A stretch of DNA of 64,000 nt from an uncultured Gallionella sp. (GTDB taxonomy: Bacteria > Pseudomonadota > Gammaproteobacteria > Burkholderiales > Gallionellaceae). The translations under genes were made by a program, and so were the position numbers. The first letter of the stretch is position 1; the number at the start of each line of letters is the position of its first letter. Positions 1-12,747 of the stretch are shown one piece after another. The stretch covers positions 1,368-65,367 of the forward strand of contig CAYLOK010000009.1 in assembly GCA_964385275.1 (NCBI GenBank), given 5' to 3'. The notes under the pieces were generated by a model, which saw only the letters and a list, made by a program, of their open reading frames with translations, did not search any database and had not been told where the DNA came from.

Positions 1-154
1 AATTTCCGGCTGGCTCTCGAAGCTACAACCGGATGCAAGGAAAATGGTGTTGGATGGATTACAGAAACTTTGCGCTTTGCTGAGCCGCCCTTAATGAACA
101 CATAAACAACGTTTGATTTGGAGATCGCGGTTTTTCTGGCACAGAACCCTACCC

Positions 155-1984
<1,830 letters not shown>

Positions 1985-1985
<1 letters not shown>

Positions 1986-3268
1986 TATTTCCAGACCGAG
2001 AAGATTGCATCTGCTGCTGCAATCGTCTCATCAATGTCCGCCCCGCTATGCGCGGCGGATACGAAACCCGCCTCGAATGCCGATGGTGCGAAATAGAAGC
2101 CTGCCTCCAGCATCGCGTGGAAGAAGCGGTTGAACGCCTCCTTGTCGCAGGCCATCACCTCGGCATAGCTGGTAGGGATTGCATCGCTGAAATACAGGCC
2201 GAACATGCCTCCGACCGATTGGGCGCAGAACGGAATACCGTGTTTCCTGGCGCTTGCCGTCAGGCCTTCGGTCAGTTGCGTGGCCAGTTTTGACAAGTTC
2301 TCGTAAAAACCTTTTTCCTGCACCAGTTTCAACGTCGCCAGGCCTGCCGCCACCGCGACCGGATTGCCCGACAAGGTGCCGGCCTGATACACCGCACCCA
2401 ATGGTGCCAGACATTGCATGATGTCGCGACGTCCGCCGAACGCTGCTGCGGGCAGTCCGCCGCCCATCACCTTGCCCAGCGTAACCAGATCGGGTTTGAT
2501 GCCGTAATAGCCCTGCGCGCCCTGCAAGCTGACGCGGAAGCCCGTCATGACTTCATCCAGAATCAGCACCGCGCCATATTTTGTACAGAGATTGCGCATT
2601 GCATCGAGGAATTCACGTTTGGGCGTAACCAGATTCATATTGCCCGCCACCGGCTCGACGATCACCGCTGCAATCTCCGAACCCATTTCGGCAAAAGCAC
2701 GCTCAAGACCGGCTGCATCGTTGTAGTCCAGCACGGTAGTCAACGCTGCGATTTCGGCGGGTACGCCGGATGAACTCGGCTGACCGAAGGTCAGCGCGCC
2801 GGAACCCGCCTTGACCAGCAAGCCGTCGGAATGGCCGTGATAACAGCCCTCGAACTTGACGATGCGCGAACGACCGGTGAAACCGCGCGCCAGACGAATC
2901 GCCGTCATGGTCGCTTCCGTGCCTGAACTGACCAGTCGCACCATTTCCAGACTCGGCAACAGCTTGCACAACAACCCGGCAATTTCCAGTTCGGCAGCAG
3001 TTGGCGCACCGAAACCCAGACCATTCGCCGCCGCGTCCTGCACCGCCTTGACTACTTCGGGGTGACAGTGACCGACGATCATCGGCCCCCATGAACCCAC
3101 ATAATCGGTATAGCGTTTGTCATCCGCATCCCAGACGTAAGCGCCACGGCCTTTCTGGAAAAACAACGGCGTTCCGCCTACCGAACGAAATGCGCGCACC
3201 GGCGAATTGACGCCGCCGGGAATGATTTGCTGTGAGGCGTCAAAGAGTTCCTGATTGTGTGATGTCAT
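1985..3268 (-). CDS. hemL: Glutamate-1-semialdehyde 2,1-aminomutase
   Basis: [45 protein letters not shown] and AGTLSGNP. Confidence 0.97.
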
Positions 3269-3279
3269 GTTGCGTCCTT

Positions 3280-3921
3280 CTAAACTAGAGGTAAATTCAA
3301 ATTTGCAAACTGCCGCGCAGCAAGCGTTATATCTTCCGCACCGAACAGCGCCGAAATCACCGCCAGCGCGTCAGCACCGGCGGCCAGCACAGATGCGCCA
3401 TTCTCTGCCGTAATGCCGCCTATCGCCACCAGCGGCAGACTCATCTCGCGGCGCGCCTGGCTCAATAAAGCCAGCGTCGCAACGGGTGCGTCAGGCTTAA
3501 TCGTCGAAGCGAAAACTGCACCAAATGCCACATAATCAGCGCCCTGCGTTGCCGCCTCATGCGCCAGAGGCAGGCGATTGTAACAAGAAATGCCGATAAT
3601 TTTTTCGCTGCCCAGCACAGCGCGCGCGGCAGCCACGCCGCCATCCTCGCCACCCAGATGTACGCCATCGGCATCCACCTGTTTCGCCAAAGCGGCGTCA
3701 TCGTTGATGATCAGCGGCACGCCGAATTCCCGCGTCAATATACGCAAGGCAGCGGCTTGCTCAAAACGCGTCGCCGCACTGCCCGGCTTGTTGCGATATT
3801 GCAGGACGCTCGCCCCGCCTTGCAAAGCCAGGCGCACACGGCGCAACAACTCCGCCGTATCGGCTTCTTCCGGCGTAATCGCGTACAGGCCTTTAATTAA
3901 GACGCTCGGGCTTTTCTTCAT
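3280..3921 (-). CDS. thiE: Thiamine-phosphate synthase
   Basis: [30 protein letters not shown] and VAIGGI. Start placed at MKKSPS (ATG 3921). Confidence 0.93.
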   Translation of the reverse strand: MKKSPSVLIKGLYAITPEEADTAELLRRVRLALQGGASVLQYRNKPGSAATRFEQAAALRILTREFGVPLIINDDAALAKQVDADGVHLGGEDGGVAAARAVLGSEKIIGISCYNRLPLAHEAATQGADYVAFGAVFASTIKPDAPVATLALLSQARREMSLPLVAIGGITAENGASVLAAGADALAVISALFGAEDITLAARQFANLNLPLV

Positions 3922-4732
3922 CGTCCTCACCCCGCGCCCAAAACAAACGGTCGGGGATGAACTGCCCCATGCCGGGACGGAAACCCGCATTTAATGTCTG
4001 CCAGGTGTATTCCTGCGCTTCCTTGACGGCATCAGCCACCTCCACCCCCTGCGCCAACAAGGCGGCAATGGCTGAAGCCAGCGTGCATCCCGAACCGTGA
4101 TAACTGCCCGGCAGACGCGCCCAGCTATCGCTGCGCACCACACCCTGATCGTTATATAAGGTATTGATTACTTTCGATGATTGCTCGTGTGTACCCGTGA
4201 TCAGCACATATTCGCAGCCCATCGCCAGAATGCGTTTGGCGCATTCTTCCAGGCTGGGATCGTCCTCTTCATTGTCCTCATCCATCGCCAGGCGACGCGC
4301 CTCGATGCTGTTGGGCGTGACGATGGTGGCCTGCGGAATCAGCAATTCGCGCATTGCGTCCAGCATATCTTCGTCGGCCAGTTCGTCTCCGCGCCCGGAA
4401 GCCAGCACCGTATCCATCACAAAAGGCACATCGGGATAATCCGCCAGCACCTCGGCAATCGCCACAATATTTTCCACGCTGCCGAGCAGGCCGACCTTGA
4501 AAGCCGCGACCGGCACATCTTCGAGCATCGCACGCGCCTGATCCACCACCCATTCCGGCTCCATCGGCAGCACATCTTCCACGCCGCTGGTGTCCTGCAC
4601 GGTGATGGCAGTCACAACCGACAGCGGATGGCAACCCATGCTGGCGATAGTGAGCATATCGGCCTGCAAACCGGCGCCGCCGCTTGGGTCAGTGGCGGCA
4701 AAACTCATTACTAAAGGGAACGATTCAGACAT
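3893..4732 (-). CDS. thiD: Hydroxymethylpyrimidine/phosphomethylpyrimidine kinase
   Basis: DPSGGAGLQAD, TAITVQDT, TPNSIEA and HGSGCTLASAIAA; located next to thiE. Confidence 0.9.
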   Translation of the reverse strand: MSESFPLVMSFAATDPSGGAGLQADMLTIASMGCHPLSVVTAITVQDTSGVEDVLPMEPEWVVDQARAMLEDVPVAAFKVGLLGSVENIVAIAEVLADYPDVPFVMDTVLASGRGDELADEDMLDAMRELLIPQATIVTPNSIEARRLAMDEDNEEDDPSLEECAKRILAMGCEYVLITGTHEQSSKVINTLYNDQGVVRSDSWARLPGSYHGSGCTLASAIAALLAQGVEVADAVKEAQEYTWQTLNAGFRPGMGQFIPDRLFWARGEDDEEKPERLN

Positions 4733-4758
4733 GATGTAAACAGTAGTGTTATGTGCGA

Positions 4759-4783
4759 CAGATAGGGCATTTTACCCTATCTG
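4759..4783. terminator. Hairpin downstream of argA (probable terminator)
   Basis: CAGATAGGG-CATTTTA-CCCTATCTG, a perfect 9-bp stem between the argA stop and the thiD start. The T-tail is weak. Confidence 0.45.
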
Positions 4784-4834
4784 GCCGTGATTACTGAACT
4801 GATGTTACGCACGCAGTGTCCGCGCTGCCAGCGA

Positions 4835-6157
4835 CTAGATTTTCCTCACGAACACCTTGGACTTACGCTGGTAGTTATACAGCGACTTCTTCTGCGCGGG
4901 CAGCTCGGTAACGTCGCTCTCCTTAAAGCCGCGTTCGAGGAACCAGTGGGCGGTGCGCGTGGTGAGCACAAACAGCCTTTTCAGCCCCTGCGTCCTGGCA
5001 ATCTCGGCCATGTGATTAAGAATGGCTTCGCCGTAGCCCCGGTCACGGCATTGCACATCCACCGCCATACAGGCGAGTTCGGCGGCGGCCTCGTCCGGGA
5101 AGGGATAGAGTGCGGCGCAGCCGACGATGCGGTGATCGTGTTCAAGTACCACGAAGCGTTCGATTTCGCGTTCCAGCAACTCGCGCGAACGGCGTACCAG
5201 TATGCCCTGCTCTTCAAGCGGGATCAGCAAGTTCAGGATGCCGCCGACATCTTCGATGGACGCGTCGCGCAGGGTATTAAGCGTGGATTCCACCACCATC
5301 GTGCCTATGCCTTCATCGCTGAACAGTTCTTGCAGTATCGCACCGTCGGCATGACGGCTGATCAGGTGGGTGCGCGCCACGCCGGCGGCGCAGGCGCGCA
5401 TCGCGCAGGGCAGGAACAAGCTCACATCGTCGGGCAGTTTGCATTTGGCGCTCAGCACAGCTTGCGCCTGGGCGATGGTCAGCTCCTTGAGCAATTCGCC
5501 TTGTTTGTCCTGCACACCGTCGGTATCCATCAAAAATACCAGCTTGTCGGCATCCAGTGCGATGGCAGTCGCGGTGGCAACGTCTTCCAGCGTGAGGTTG
5601 AACACCTCGCCGGTAGGCGAGTAGCCCAGCGGCGAGAGCAGCACCACCTCGCCAAACTCCATGCGGTCATTCAGTGCGGCGACATCCACCTTGCGCACAG
5701 AGCCTGTGTGTTGCAGATCCACGCCATTGATCACGCCTATCGGTTGTGCCGTGATGAAATTACCGCCTGCCACGCGTATATCGGCATTGGCCATCGGCGA
5801 ATTCGCCAGCCCCATCGACAGCAGCGCCTCGATCTCGACACGCACGCGGCCGACCGACTCCTTGACGCACTGCATCGTCTCGGCATCGGTCATGCGTATG
5901 CCCTGATGGTAGGTATCCTCCAGATTTTTCCTGGCCAGATGCTGCTCGATCTGCGGGCGCGCGCCATGCACCAGCACCAGCCGGATGCCGAGTGCGGCGA
6001 GCAGATTGAAATCGTGGGTCAGCTCGACGAACTTGCCATCGGCGACCATTTCACCACCGAAGGCGATGACGAACGTCTTGCCGCGAAAGCTATTGATGTA
6101 CGGTGCGACGGAGCGGAACCAGGCAACAAAATCGGCGGGGGTGGTTTTGATGGGCAT
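4835..6157 (-). CDS. argA: Amino-acid N-acetyltransferase (N-acetylglutamate synthase)
   Basis: WFRSVAPYINSFRGKTFVIAFGGE, LVHGARPQI and a C-terminal GNAT domain (LTTRTAHWFLERGF). Confidence 0.96.
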   Translation of the reverse strand: MPIKTTPADFVAWFRSVAPYINSFRGKTFVIAFGGEMVADGKFVELTHDFNLLAALGIRLVLVHGARPQIEQHLARKNLEDTYHQGIRMTDAETMQCVKESVGRVRVEIEALLSMGLANSPMANADIRVAGGNFITAQPIGVINGVDLQHTGSVRKVDVAALNDRMEFGEVVLLSPLGYSPTGEVFNLTLEDVATATAIALDADKLVFLMDTDGVQDKQGELLKELTIAQAQAVLSAKCKLPDDVSLFLPCAMRACAAGVARTHLISRHADGAILQELFSDEGIGTMVVESTLNTLRDASIEDVGGILNLLIPLEEQGILVRRSRELLEREIERFVVLEHDHRIVGCAALYPFPDEAAAELACMAVDVQCRDRGYGEAILNHMAEIARTQGLKRLFVLTTRTAHWFLERGFKESDVTELPAQKKSLYNYQRKSKVFVRKI

Positions 6158-6203
6158 TGATGGTCTCCAAAATTATTACAGGCATTTCGCTATTCTTATC
6201 TAG

Positions 6204-6243
6204 GTGAAAAGTGAAAGGTGAAACGGCACACTTCACCTTTCAC
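6204..6243 (-). terminator. Terminator-like hairpin built from GTGAAA(A/G) heptamers at the rsmE stop
   Basis: GTGAAAGGTGAA-N9-TTCACCTTTCAC, a perfect 12-bp stem followed by TTTT on the minus strand. Confidence 0.6.
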
Positions 6244-6974
6244 GTGGAAAAATCGCCCCACAGCGTTTGCAGCGCGGCCAGTCCTGCAACGGCGGCAGTT
6301 TCGGTGCGCAGTACGCGCGCGCCCAGACGGACGGGAGTAAAGCCGCAGAGCAGCGCGGACTCGCTCTCGGCCTGGGTAAAGCCGCCCTCGGCACCGATCA
6401 GCAGGGCGACCTGGCCTTGCGGTCTGGGCTGTGTTTGCAGCGACACCGCGCCCTGGGGCAGCAAAATATATTTGCTGTCGGCGGATGCGCGCATCTGTTG
6501 CAGCCACACCATGATGTCCAGCGGCGCGTGAATGACAGGCAATACATTGCGCCCGCACTGTTCGCAGGCTGAAATGGCGACTTGTTGCCAATGCTCGGTA
6601 CGTTTGATGACGCGCTCGGCGGAGAGCTTGGCCACGCTGCGCCCGGTGGCCAGCGGCTGGATCTCGCTGACGCCCAGCTCGGTGGCTTTCTGGATTACCC
6701 AGTCCATTTTCTCGCTGCTCGACAAGGCTTGCGCCAGCAGCACCGGCAACGGCGATTCACGGTTGGCATCGACCTGGCTGATATTGCCGACAACGACCTG
6801 CTTGCCTGACAAATCCTCAATCACACCGTGGCATTCGTGACCTTGCCCGTCAAACATCTGCACAGGGTCACCTTCCCGCAAACGCAGCACGCGGCCGGCG
6901 TGGTGCGCCGCATCGGGCGGCAAGTTGAATGAACCCTGGTTCGGGAGCGGGGGCGGGCAATAAAAACGCGGCAT
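6240..6974 (-). CDS. rsmE: 16S rRNA m3U1498 methyltransferase
   Basis: HHAGRVLRLREGD, KMDWVIQKATELGV, IGAEGGF and LGARVLRTETA. Confidence 0.96.
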   Translation of the reverse strand: MPRFYCPPPLPNQGSFNLPPDAAHHAGRVLRLREGDPVQMFDGQGHECHGVIEDLSGKQVVVGNISQVDANRESPLPVLLAQALSSSEKMDWVIQKATELGVSEIQPLATGRSVAKLSAERVIKRTEHWQQVAISACEQCGRNVLPVIHAPLDIMVWLQQMRASADSKYILLPQGAVSLQTQPRPQGQVALLIGAEGGFTQAESESALLCGFTPVRLGARVLRTETAAVAGLAALQTLWGDFST

Positions 6975-7045
6975 GATGAAGGTGGTTGGTCGTCAGGATG
7001 GGCGTGATAATATACCGCCTCCCAATTTCTTGTCAGGAGTATGAA

Positions 7046-7600
7046 ATGGTCAGTCTGCAACCGCCCCTGTGCGACTTTGGCTGGAAGGCGCTTGATTTCG
7101 ACTTGCCCGGCGTGAATGGCGTGCGCTATAACCTTGCGAATGCGCGAGGCAAAAACGGCTTACTGGTCATGTTCATCTGCAATCACTGCCCCTATGTAAA
7201 ATCCATTCGCGACCGGCTGGTGCGCGATACGCGCGAGTTGCAGCGGCACGGCATCAACAGCATCGCCATCATGTCCAACGATCCGCTCGAATACGACGAG
7301 GACTCGTTCGAGAACATGAAACGGGCGGCGCAACAGTATGGTTATCCTTTCCCCTACGTGATGGACGAAACCCAGCAGGTGGCAAAAAACTACGGCGCGG
7401 TATGCACGCCGGATTTCTTCGGTTTTAATGCCAATCTGGAGTTACAGTATCGCGGTCGTCTGGATGCCTCGCGCAAGGAGGCCGTGGCGGATGCGCCGCG
7501 CGACTTGTTCGACGCAATGCTGCACGTAGCGCAAACAGGCCTTGGCCCGCGCGAACAAATTGCCAGCATGGGCTGTTCGATCAAATGGAAAAATGAGTGA
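7046..7600 (+). CDS. Thioredoxin-family (AhpC/TSA-like) protein
   Basis: MFICNHCPYVK, AVCTPDFFGF and MGCSIKWK. Start placed at MVSLQPP (ATG 7046). Confidence 0.88.
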   Translation: MVSLQPPLCDFGWKALDFDLPGVNGVRYNLANARGKNGLLVMFICNHCPYVKSIRDRLVRDTRELQRHGINSIAIMSNDPLEYDEDSFENMKRAAQQYGYPFPYVMDETQQVAKNYGAVCTPDFFGFNANLELQYRGRLDASRKEAVADAPRDLFDAMLHVAQTGLGPREQIASMGCSIKWKNE

Positions 7601-8427
7601 TGGAGCAACGCAGCATGTCGAGAACCGGTTCATTTGGTATGAGTGCACTGCTCAAGGCTGCCATCGCGGCGGTCAAGCTGGTGGCGGCAGAAGAAATTAT
7701 GCCGCGCTATCTCAAGGTGGCGCACAAGCACAAGAGCGATGGCAGTCTGTGTACCGAAGCGGATATTGCAACGCAGACGGCGCTGACCCGAAAGCTGCAA
7801 GCCATTTACAACGTTCCGGTGCTGGGCGAGGAAATGACGGAGAACGAGCAGCGGGCGATCTGGGAATCCGCCCAGGAGGGTCTGTGGTGCGTGGACCCGA
7901 TTGACGGCACTTCCAATTTTGTGCACGGCCTGCCTTATTTTGCGGTATCTGTCGCGTTGGTGCGCCAGGGGAAGAGCGTATTGGGCGTGGTGTATAACCC
8001 GGTCGCAGATGAGATGTTTGCCGCCGAGGCAGGTAAGGGTGCGTACCTGAACGGTGAAAAACTATTTGGGCGCATAGCCGTGTCGGAAATGAGTCAGTCG
8101 CTGGCCAATGTGGACTTGAAGCGACTGGATACCAGACTGGCGGCCACGCTGGCAGCCCATCCGCCCTATGCTTCGCAACGTAATTTCGGCGCCAGCACGC
8201 TGGACTGGTGCTATACCGCCGCAGGGCGTTATGATTTGTACCTGCACGGCGGACAAAAGCTGTGGGATTACGCGGCAGGAATGCTGATTCTGTCGGAAAC
8301 CGGCGGATATGCCTGTTGTATCGAGAGTGACGATTTTTCTGCGGGCGATGTCTGGCAGCGTTCGGTGATCGCCGCGCGTAGCGAGACACTGTTCAATGAG
8401 TGGAAAAGCTGGATACGTGCGCAATAG
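7597..8427 (+). CDS. Inositol monophosphatase family protein
   Basis: WCVDPIDGTSNF, GEE and WDYAAG motifs. Exact start uncertain. Confidence 0.88.
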   Translation: MMEQRSMSRTGSFGMSALLKAAIAAVKLVAAEEIMPRYLKVAHKHKSDGSLCTEADIATQTALTRKLQAIYNVPVLGEEMTENEQRAIWESAQEGLWCVDPIDGTSNFVHGLPYFAVSVALVRQGKSVLGVVYNPVADEMFAAEAGKGAYLNGEKLFGRIAVSEMSQSLANVDLKRLDTRLAATLAAHPPYASQRNFGASTLDWCYTAAGRYDLYLHGGQKLWDYAAGMLILSETGGYACCIESDDFSAGDVWQRSVIAARSETLFNEWKSWIRAQ

Positions 8428-8461
8428 CAGAATGTCGCGCACTCACAATTAGGGAAATACC

Positions 8462-9835
8462 TTGAAAATATTGATATTAGGTGCAGGGCAGGTCGGCTCA
8501 ACCGTGGCGGAAAGCCTGGTGAGCGAGGCCAATGACATCACGGTGGTGGATTCCGACGGCGCAAAGCTGGCGCTGCTTCAGGAACGACTGGATCTGCGCA
8601 CCCTGACCGGCAACGCTTCTCATCCTTCGGTGCTGGAGCAGGCCGGTATTGCCGACACGGACATGTTGCTGGCTGTCACGCAAAGCGACGAAGTCAACAT
8701 GGTGGCCTGCAAGCTGGCGGCCAGTCTCTATAACACGCCGACGCGCATCGCCCGTATTCGCTCCGCCGATTTTCTGGCCAGGCCCGAGTTATTTAACAAA
8801 GACAATTTCTGCGTGGATTTTTCCATTTGTCCCGAGCAGATTCTTACCGATTACATCGCCAAGCTGATTGAATTTCCCGAGGCGTTGCAAGTGCTGCGCT
8901 TTTCGCAGGACAAGGCTTCGCTGGTGGCGGTGCGCGCCTTCCAGGGCGGGCCGCTGGTGGGAAAACCGCTCAGCGTCCTGCACGACAACATGCCGCATAT
9001 CGATGCGCGCGTTGCGGCGATTTTCCGCAAGGACAGGCCGCTGATTCCTGAAGGCAATACCGTGGTTGAAGACGGCGACGAAATTTTCTTCATCGCCGCG
9101 ACTGACAATATCCGCGCCGTGCTCAAGGAAATGCGCCGCATGGACAAGCCCACCAAGCGCGTGATGATCGTCGGCGGAGGGAATATTGGCCGTCGCCTGG
9201 CCAAGGTGCTGGAGAATGACTATCAGGTCAAACTGATCGAGTTCAACAAGAAAGCCTGCGCAAAACTGGCAGGGGAACTGGCCAACACGCTGGTGCTCAA
9301 CGGCGACGGCACAGACGAAAAACTGATGCAGCAGGAAAATGTCGGCGAAGTGGATGTGTTCTGCGCACTCACCAATGACGACGAGAACAATATCATGTCG
9401 GCGCTGCTGGCCAAGCAGGGCGGAGCGCGCAAGGTCATCGCCCTGATCAACCGCAGCGCCTATGTCGATCTGTTGCAGGGCGGCAAGATAGACATCGCGC
9501 TGTCTCCCGCCAATGTCACCATCGGCTCCTTATTGGCTTACGTGCGCCAGGGCGACGTGGCGGCGGTGCATTCACTGCGTCGCGGTGCGGCGGAAGCGCT
9601 GGAACTGGTGGTGCACGGCGACCGCAAGTCCTCCAAGGTGGTAGGGCGACGCATTGATGAAATCGACCTGCCCAAGGGAGCGACCATCGGTGCGCTGGTG
9701 CGTGGCGACGAGGTCATCATGGGCCATCACGACACGCGTATCGAGGCTGACGACCATGTGATCGTGTTCGTCATCAACAAGCAGATGGTGAAGAAAGTCG
9801 AGAAGTTGTTCCAAGTCAGCATCGGGTTCTTCTGA
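8462..9835 (+). CDS. trkA: Trk potassium uptake regulatory subunit
   Basis: MKILILGAGQVG, a second Rossmann motif IVGGGNIG, and two RCK domains. Confidence 0.95.
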   Translation: MKILILGAGQVGSTVAESLVSEANDITVVDSDGAKLALLQERLDLRTLTGNASHPSVLEQAGIADTDMLLAVTQSDEVNMVACKLAASLYNTPTRIARIRSADFLARPELFNKDNFCVDFSICPEQILTDYIAKLIEFPEALQVLRFSQDKASLVAVRAFQGGPLVGKPLSVLHDNMPHIDARVAAIFRKDRPLIPEGNTVVEDGDEIFFIAATDNIRAVLKEMRRMDKPTKRVMIVGGGNIGRRLAKVLENDYQVKLIEFNKKACAKLAGELANTLVLNGDGTDEKLMQQENVGEVDVFCALTNDDENNIMSALLAKQGGARKVIALINRSAYVDLLQGGKIDIALSPANVTIGSLLAYVRQGDVAAVHSLRRGAAEALELVVHGDRKSSKVVGRRIDEIDLPKGATIGALVRGDEVIMGHHDTRIEADDHVIVFVINKQMVKKVEKLFQVSIGFF

Positions 9836-11295
9836 TGGGACGCGCGCTCACCGTTATCCACGCTCTGGGGCTGATGCTGGTGGTATTCAGCGCGGCCTAC
9901 CTGATGCCGCTGGCCACGGCGCTGATCTACGGTCAGATGGAAGTCTTCATGGACTTCCTGCTGGCGATGGTATGGACCGCTGCTTTCGGTTGTCTGATGT
10001 GGATGGTCACGCGCCGCTACAAGGGAGAACTGTCTGTCCGGCACGGTTATCTGCTGGTGGTGGCGATGTGGACAGCCATGCCGACTTTCGCTACCTTGCC
10101 GCTGCTGCTGACTGTGCCGGGCCTGTCGTTTACCGACGCTTATTTCGAAACCATGTCCGGCTTGACCACGACCGGTTCAACCGTGCTGGTGGGACTGGAT
10201 AATCTGCCGCCCGCCATTAATATCTGGCGGCATGAATTGAACTGGCTGGGCGGGCTGGGCATCATCGTGCTGGCGGTGGCGATTCTGCCGCTGCTGGGTA
10301 TCGGCGGTCGCCAACTATTCAAGGCCGAGACTCCGGGGCCGATGAAGGATTCCGCTCTGACCCCGCGCATTGCCGATACCGCGCGCAACCTGTGGGTAGT
10401 TTATGTGGCCATTACACTGGTCTGTATCGGAACGCTGAAGTGGGCGGGCATGAACTGGCTGGATGCGATTTGCCATGCCTTTTCTGCAATGGGGCTGGGC
10501 GGTTTTTCCACGCACGATGCCAGTGTCGGTTTCTTCAACTCACCGCTGATCGAGTTTGTGCTGATTGTATTCATGCTGATTGCAGTGATGAATTTTGCCG
10601 CTCATTTTTTGGCCTTGCGAGGCAGAACACTGGCGGTTTATCGTACCGATCCTGAAGCCATCCCTACCCTGGTTTTGATACTGGGCAGTTGTGTCGGGAT
10701 TGCACTGTTTTTATGGTTGGAGGAGATTTATCCGAGCTTCTGGACGGCGTTGCGCCACGCCAGCTTTAATCTGGTATCCATCGCAACCAGTTCCGGCTAT
10801 GCCAGTGTGGATTATGCCCAGTGGCCGATCTTCGCGCCGCTGTGGATGATGTTTCTGACCGCGATTGCCGCGAGTTCAGGCTCCACCGGCGGCGGCATCA
10901 AGATGATACGCACGTTGGTGCTGGTCAAACAGGCCGGGCGCGAATTCGTCAAGTTGCTGCATCCGGCTGCCGTGAATCCAATGAAAATCAGCGGTCAGGT
11001 CATCCCCAACGGCGTGGTGTTTTCGGTGCTGGGTTTCATCTTCCTGTATTTTATGAGTATCCTGACGTTGACTTTTACGCTGTTGATCAGCGGCATGGAT
11101 TTCATTTCGGCGTTAACCGCTGTGCTTGCCTCGATAAATAATTGCGGACCGGGTCTCGGCACTGTCGGGCCGGCCAGCAATTATGCCGGATTGACCGATT
11201 TTCAAACCTGGGTATGCACGTTCGGCATGCTGGTCGGGCGGCTGGAGATTTTCACCGTGCTGATTCTGTTTACCCCGCAGTTCTGGCGGCGTTAA
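9835..11295 (+). CDS. trkH: Trk potassium uptake membrane subunit
   Basis: FETMSGLTTTG, GGFSTH, SGSTGGGIK and NNCGPGLG pore motifs; coupled to trkA. Confidence 0.95.
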   Translation: MGRALTVIHALGLMLVVFSAAYLMPLATALIYGQMEVFMDFLLAMVWTAAFGCLMWMVTRRYKGELSVRHGYLLVVAMWTAMPTFATLPLLLTVPGLSFTDAYFETMSGLTTTGSTVLVGLDNLPPAINIWRHELNWLGGLGIIVLAVAILPLLGIGGRQLFKAETPGPMKDSALTPRIADTARNLWVVYVAITLVCIGTLKWAGMNWLDAICHAFSAMGLGGFSTHDASVGFFNSPLIEFVLIVFMLIAVMNFAAHFLALRGRTLAVYRTDPEAIPTLVLILGSCVGIALFLWLEEIYPSFWTALRHASFNLVSIATSSGYASVDYAQWPIFAPLWMMFLTAIAASSGSTGGGIKMIRTLVLVKQAGREFVKLLHPAAVNPMKISGQVIPNGVVFSVLGFIFLYFMSILTLTFTLLISGMDFISALTAVLASINNCGPGLGTVGPASNYAGLTDFQTWVCTFGMLVGRLEIFTVLILFTPQFWRR

Positions 11296-11444
11296 CGGGT
11301 TTGTCTGCCCTGCTGCAGCGTGTTTTACCCGCGCGCCGTCAAAGCGGATGGTTAAAAATCCCAAGACACGAGGCGCGGTATCGGTTAGGATTGCCCACTA
11401 AATTTATTGACTACAATTTTCGGCACATTTGTGCCAAATAAGGG

Positions 11445-11855
11445 GTGAAGTTGAGCGCAGATTTGCCATTGTTGGGTGTCAAAGTGGTGTTGATTGATGA
11501 CAGCAACACGATCCGGCGCAGCGGCGAAATATTCCTGTCACAAGCGGGCTGTCGTGTCGTGCTTGCCGAAGACGGGTTTGACGGCTTGTCAAAAGTGGTC
11601 GATACCCAGCCCGATATTATTTTCGTGGATGTGATGATGCCGCGACTGGACGGCTATCAGACCTGCGCCCTGATTAAAAACAACCCGCAGTTCAAAAAAA
11701 TTCCTGTGGTCATGTTGACCAGCAAGGACACCTTATTCGACCGCGCACGCGGCAAACTGGTCGGCTCCGACCAGTATCTGATTAAACCATTCAACAAAAA
11801 GAGTCTGATTGAATCCGTCATCAGGCACACACAGGAGCAAGCATATGACTATTAA
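11445..11855 (+). CDS. pilG: PilG-like response regulator
   Basis: Receiver domain with IDDSNTIRRS, VDVMMPRLDGYQTCALIK and DRARGKLVGSDQYL; first gene of the Pil-Chp operon. Confidence 0.85.
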   Translation: MKLSADLPLLGVKVVLIDDSNTIRRSGEIFLSQAGCRVVLAEDGFDGLSKVVDTQPDIIFVDVMMPRLDGYQTCALIKNNPQFKKIPVVMLTSKDTLFDRARGKLVGSDQYLIKPFNKKSLIESVIRHTQEQAYDY

Positions 11856-12210
11856 GAAAATATTGGTGGTGGACGATTCCGCAACGGAACGCCACATCAT
11901 CGGGGAGCTTTTGACCAAACAGGGTTTCGAGGTTTCTTTCGCCGAAAGCGGAGAAATGGGTGTGGCAAAGGCCAAACAGGAGCGGCCCGATTTGGTCATG
12001 ATGGACGTGGTGATGCCCGGCATGAATGGTTTTCAGGCAACCCGCGCCATTGCCAAAGACCCGGAAACCCAGCAGATTCCGGTGCTGCTTTGCACCACCA
12101 AAGATCAGGAAACGGACAAAATCTGGGGGATGCGCCAGGGCGCCAAGGATTATCTGGTCAAGCCGATCAATACGGCGGAGCTGCTAGGCAAAATTGCGGC
12201 GCTCGGTTGA
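11845..12210 (+). CDS. pilH: PilH-like response regulator
   Basis: ILVVDDSATE, MDVVMPGMNGFQATR and DKIWGMRQGA. ATG at 11845. Confidence 0.88.
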   Translation: MTIKKILVVDDSATERHIIGELLTKQGFEVSFAESGEMGVAKAKQERPDLVMMDVVMPGMNGFQATRAIAKDPETQQIPVLLCTTKDQETDKIWGMRQGAKDYLVKPINTAELLGKIAALG

Positions 12211-12227
12211 TTGCGAACTGAACAATC

Positions 12228-12719
12228 ATGTCCAAGCGACTTAACCTGCGGGAGTTTCAGCAAAACCTGAGCAACCGCATGCAGGACAAAGACCGTCAGG
12301 GCGGTCAGTTGTCGTTGCTGGGCGTGCAGATCGCCGGACAGAACTGGCTGGTGGAGATGGTGGACATCAGCGAGGTGTTGTCGCTGCCGCCCCTGACGTC
12401 TGTGCCGTTGACCAAGCAGTGGTTTCGCGGCATTGCCAATGTGCGCGGCAATTTATATTGCGTTGCAGATATGGCCGCCTTTCTGCATCAGGGCGAAGCC
12501 TCCGGCGCCGTCACCAATCGCATCCTGTTGACCGCAGAACGTTATGCCGTCAATGCGGCTTTGCTGGTGGACAGGGTGTTCGGCTTGCGCGATGCGAACA
12601 GCTGGCAGCGTGATGCGGCGCAGACAGACCAATATATCGATGAGCAGGGTGCAGTATGGCGCAAGCTGGATGTGGTTGAGCTGCTCGGACAACCGGATTT
12701 TTTGCAAATAGGCATTTAG
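12228..12719 (+). CDS. pilI: CheW-like adaptor PilI
   Basis: [18 protein letters not shown]; operon position. Confidence 0.85.
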   Translation: MSKRLNLREFQQNLSNRMQDKDRQGGQLSLLGVQIAGQNWLVEMVDISEVLSLPPLTSVPLTKQWFRGIANVRGNLYCVADMAAFLHQGEASGAVTNRILLTAERYAVNAALLVDRVFGLRDANSWQRDAAQTDQYIDEQGAVWRKLDVVELLGQPDFLQIGI

Positions 12720-12747
12720 CGGTAACCATCCGCCGGAGGAAATAAAC

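Noticed and set aside
4733-4834. TPP riboswitch upstream of thiD-thiE
   Set aside because: No CTGAGA/UGAGA or other TPP core motifs are visible in the 100-nt gap.
4787-6160. 457-aa + strand ORF
   Set aside because: Antisense shadow of argA, as expected in GC-rich DNA.
11420-11438. Sigma-54 promoter before pilG (GGCACATTTGTGCC)
   Set aside because: The GG-to-GC spacing is one base short of -24/-12. It is only a short palindrome of unknown meaning.
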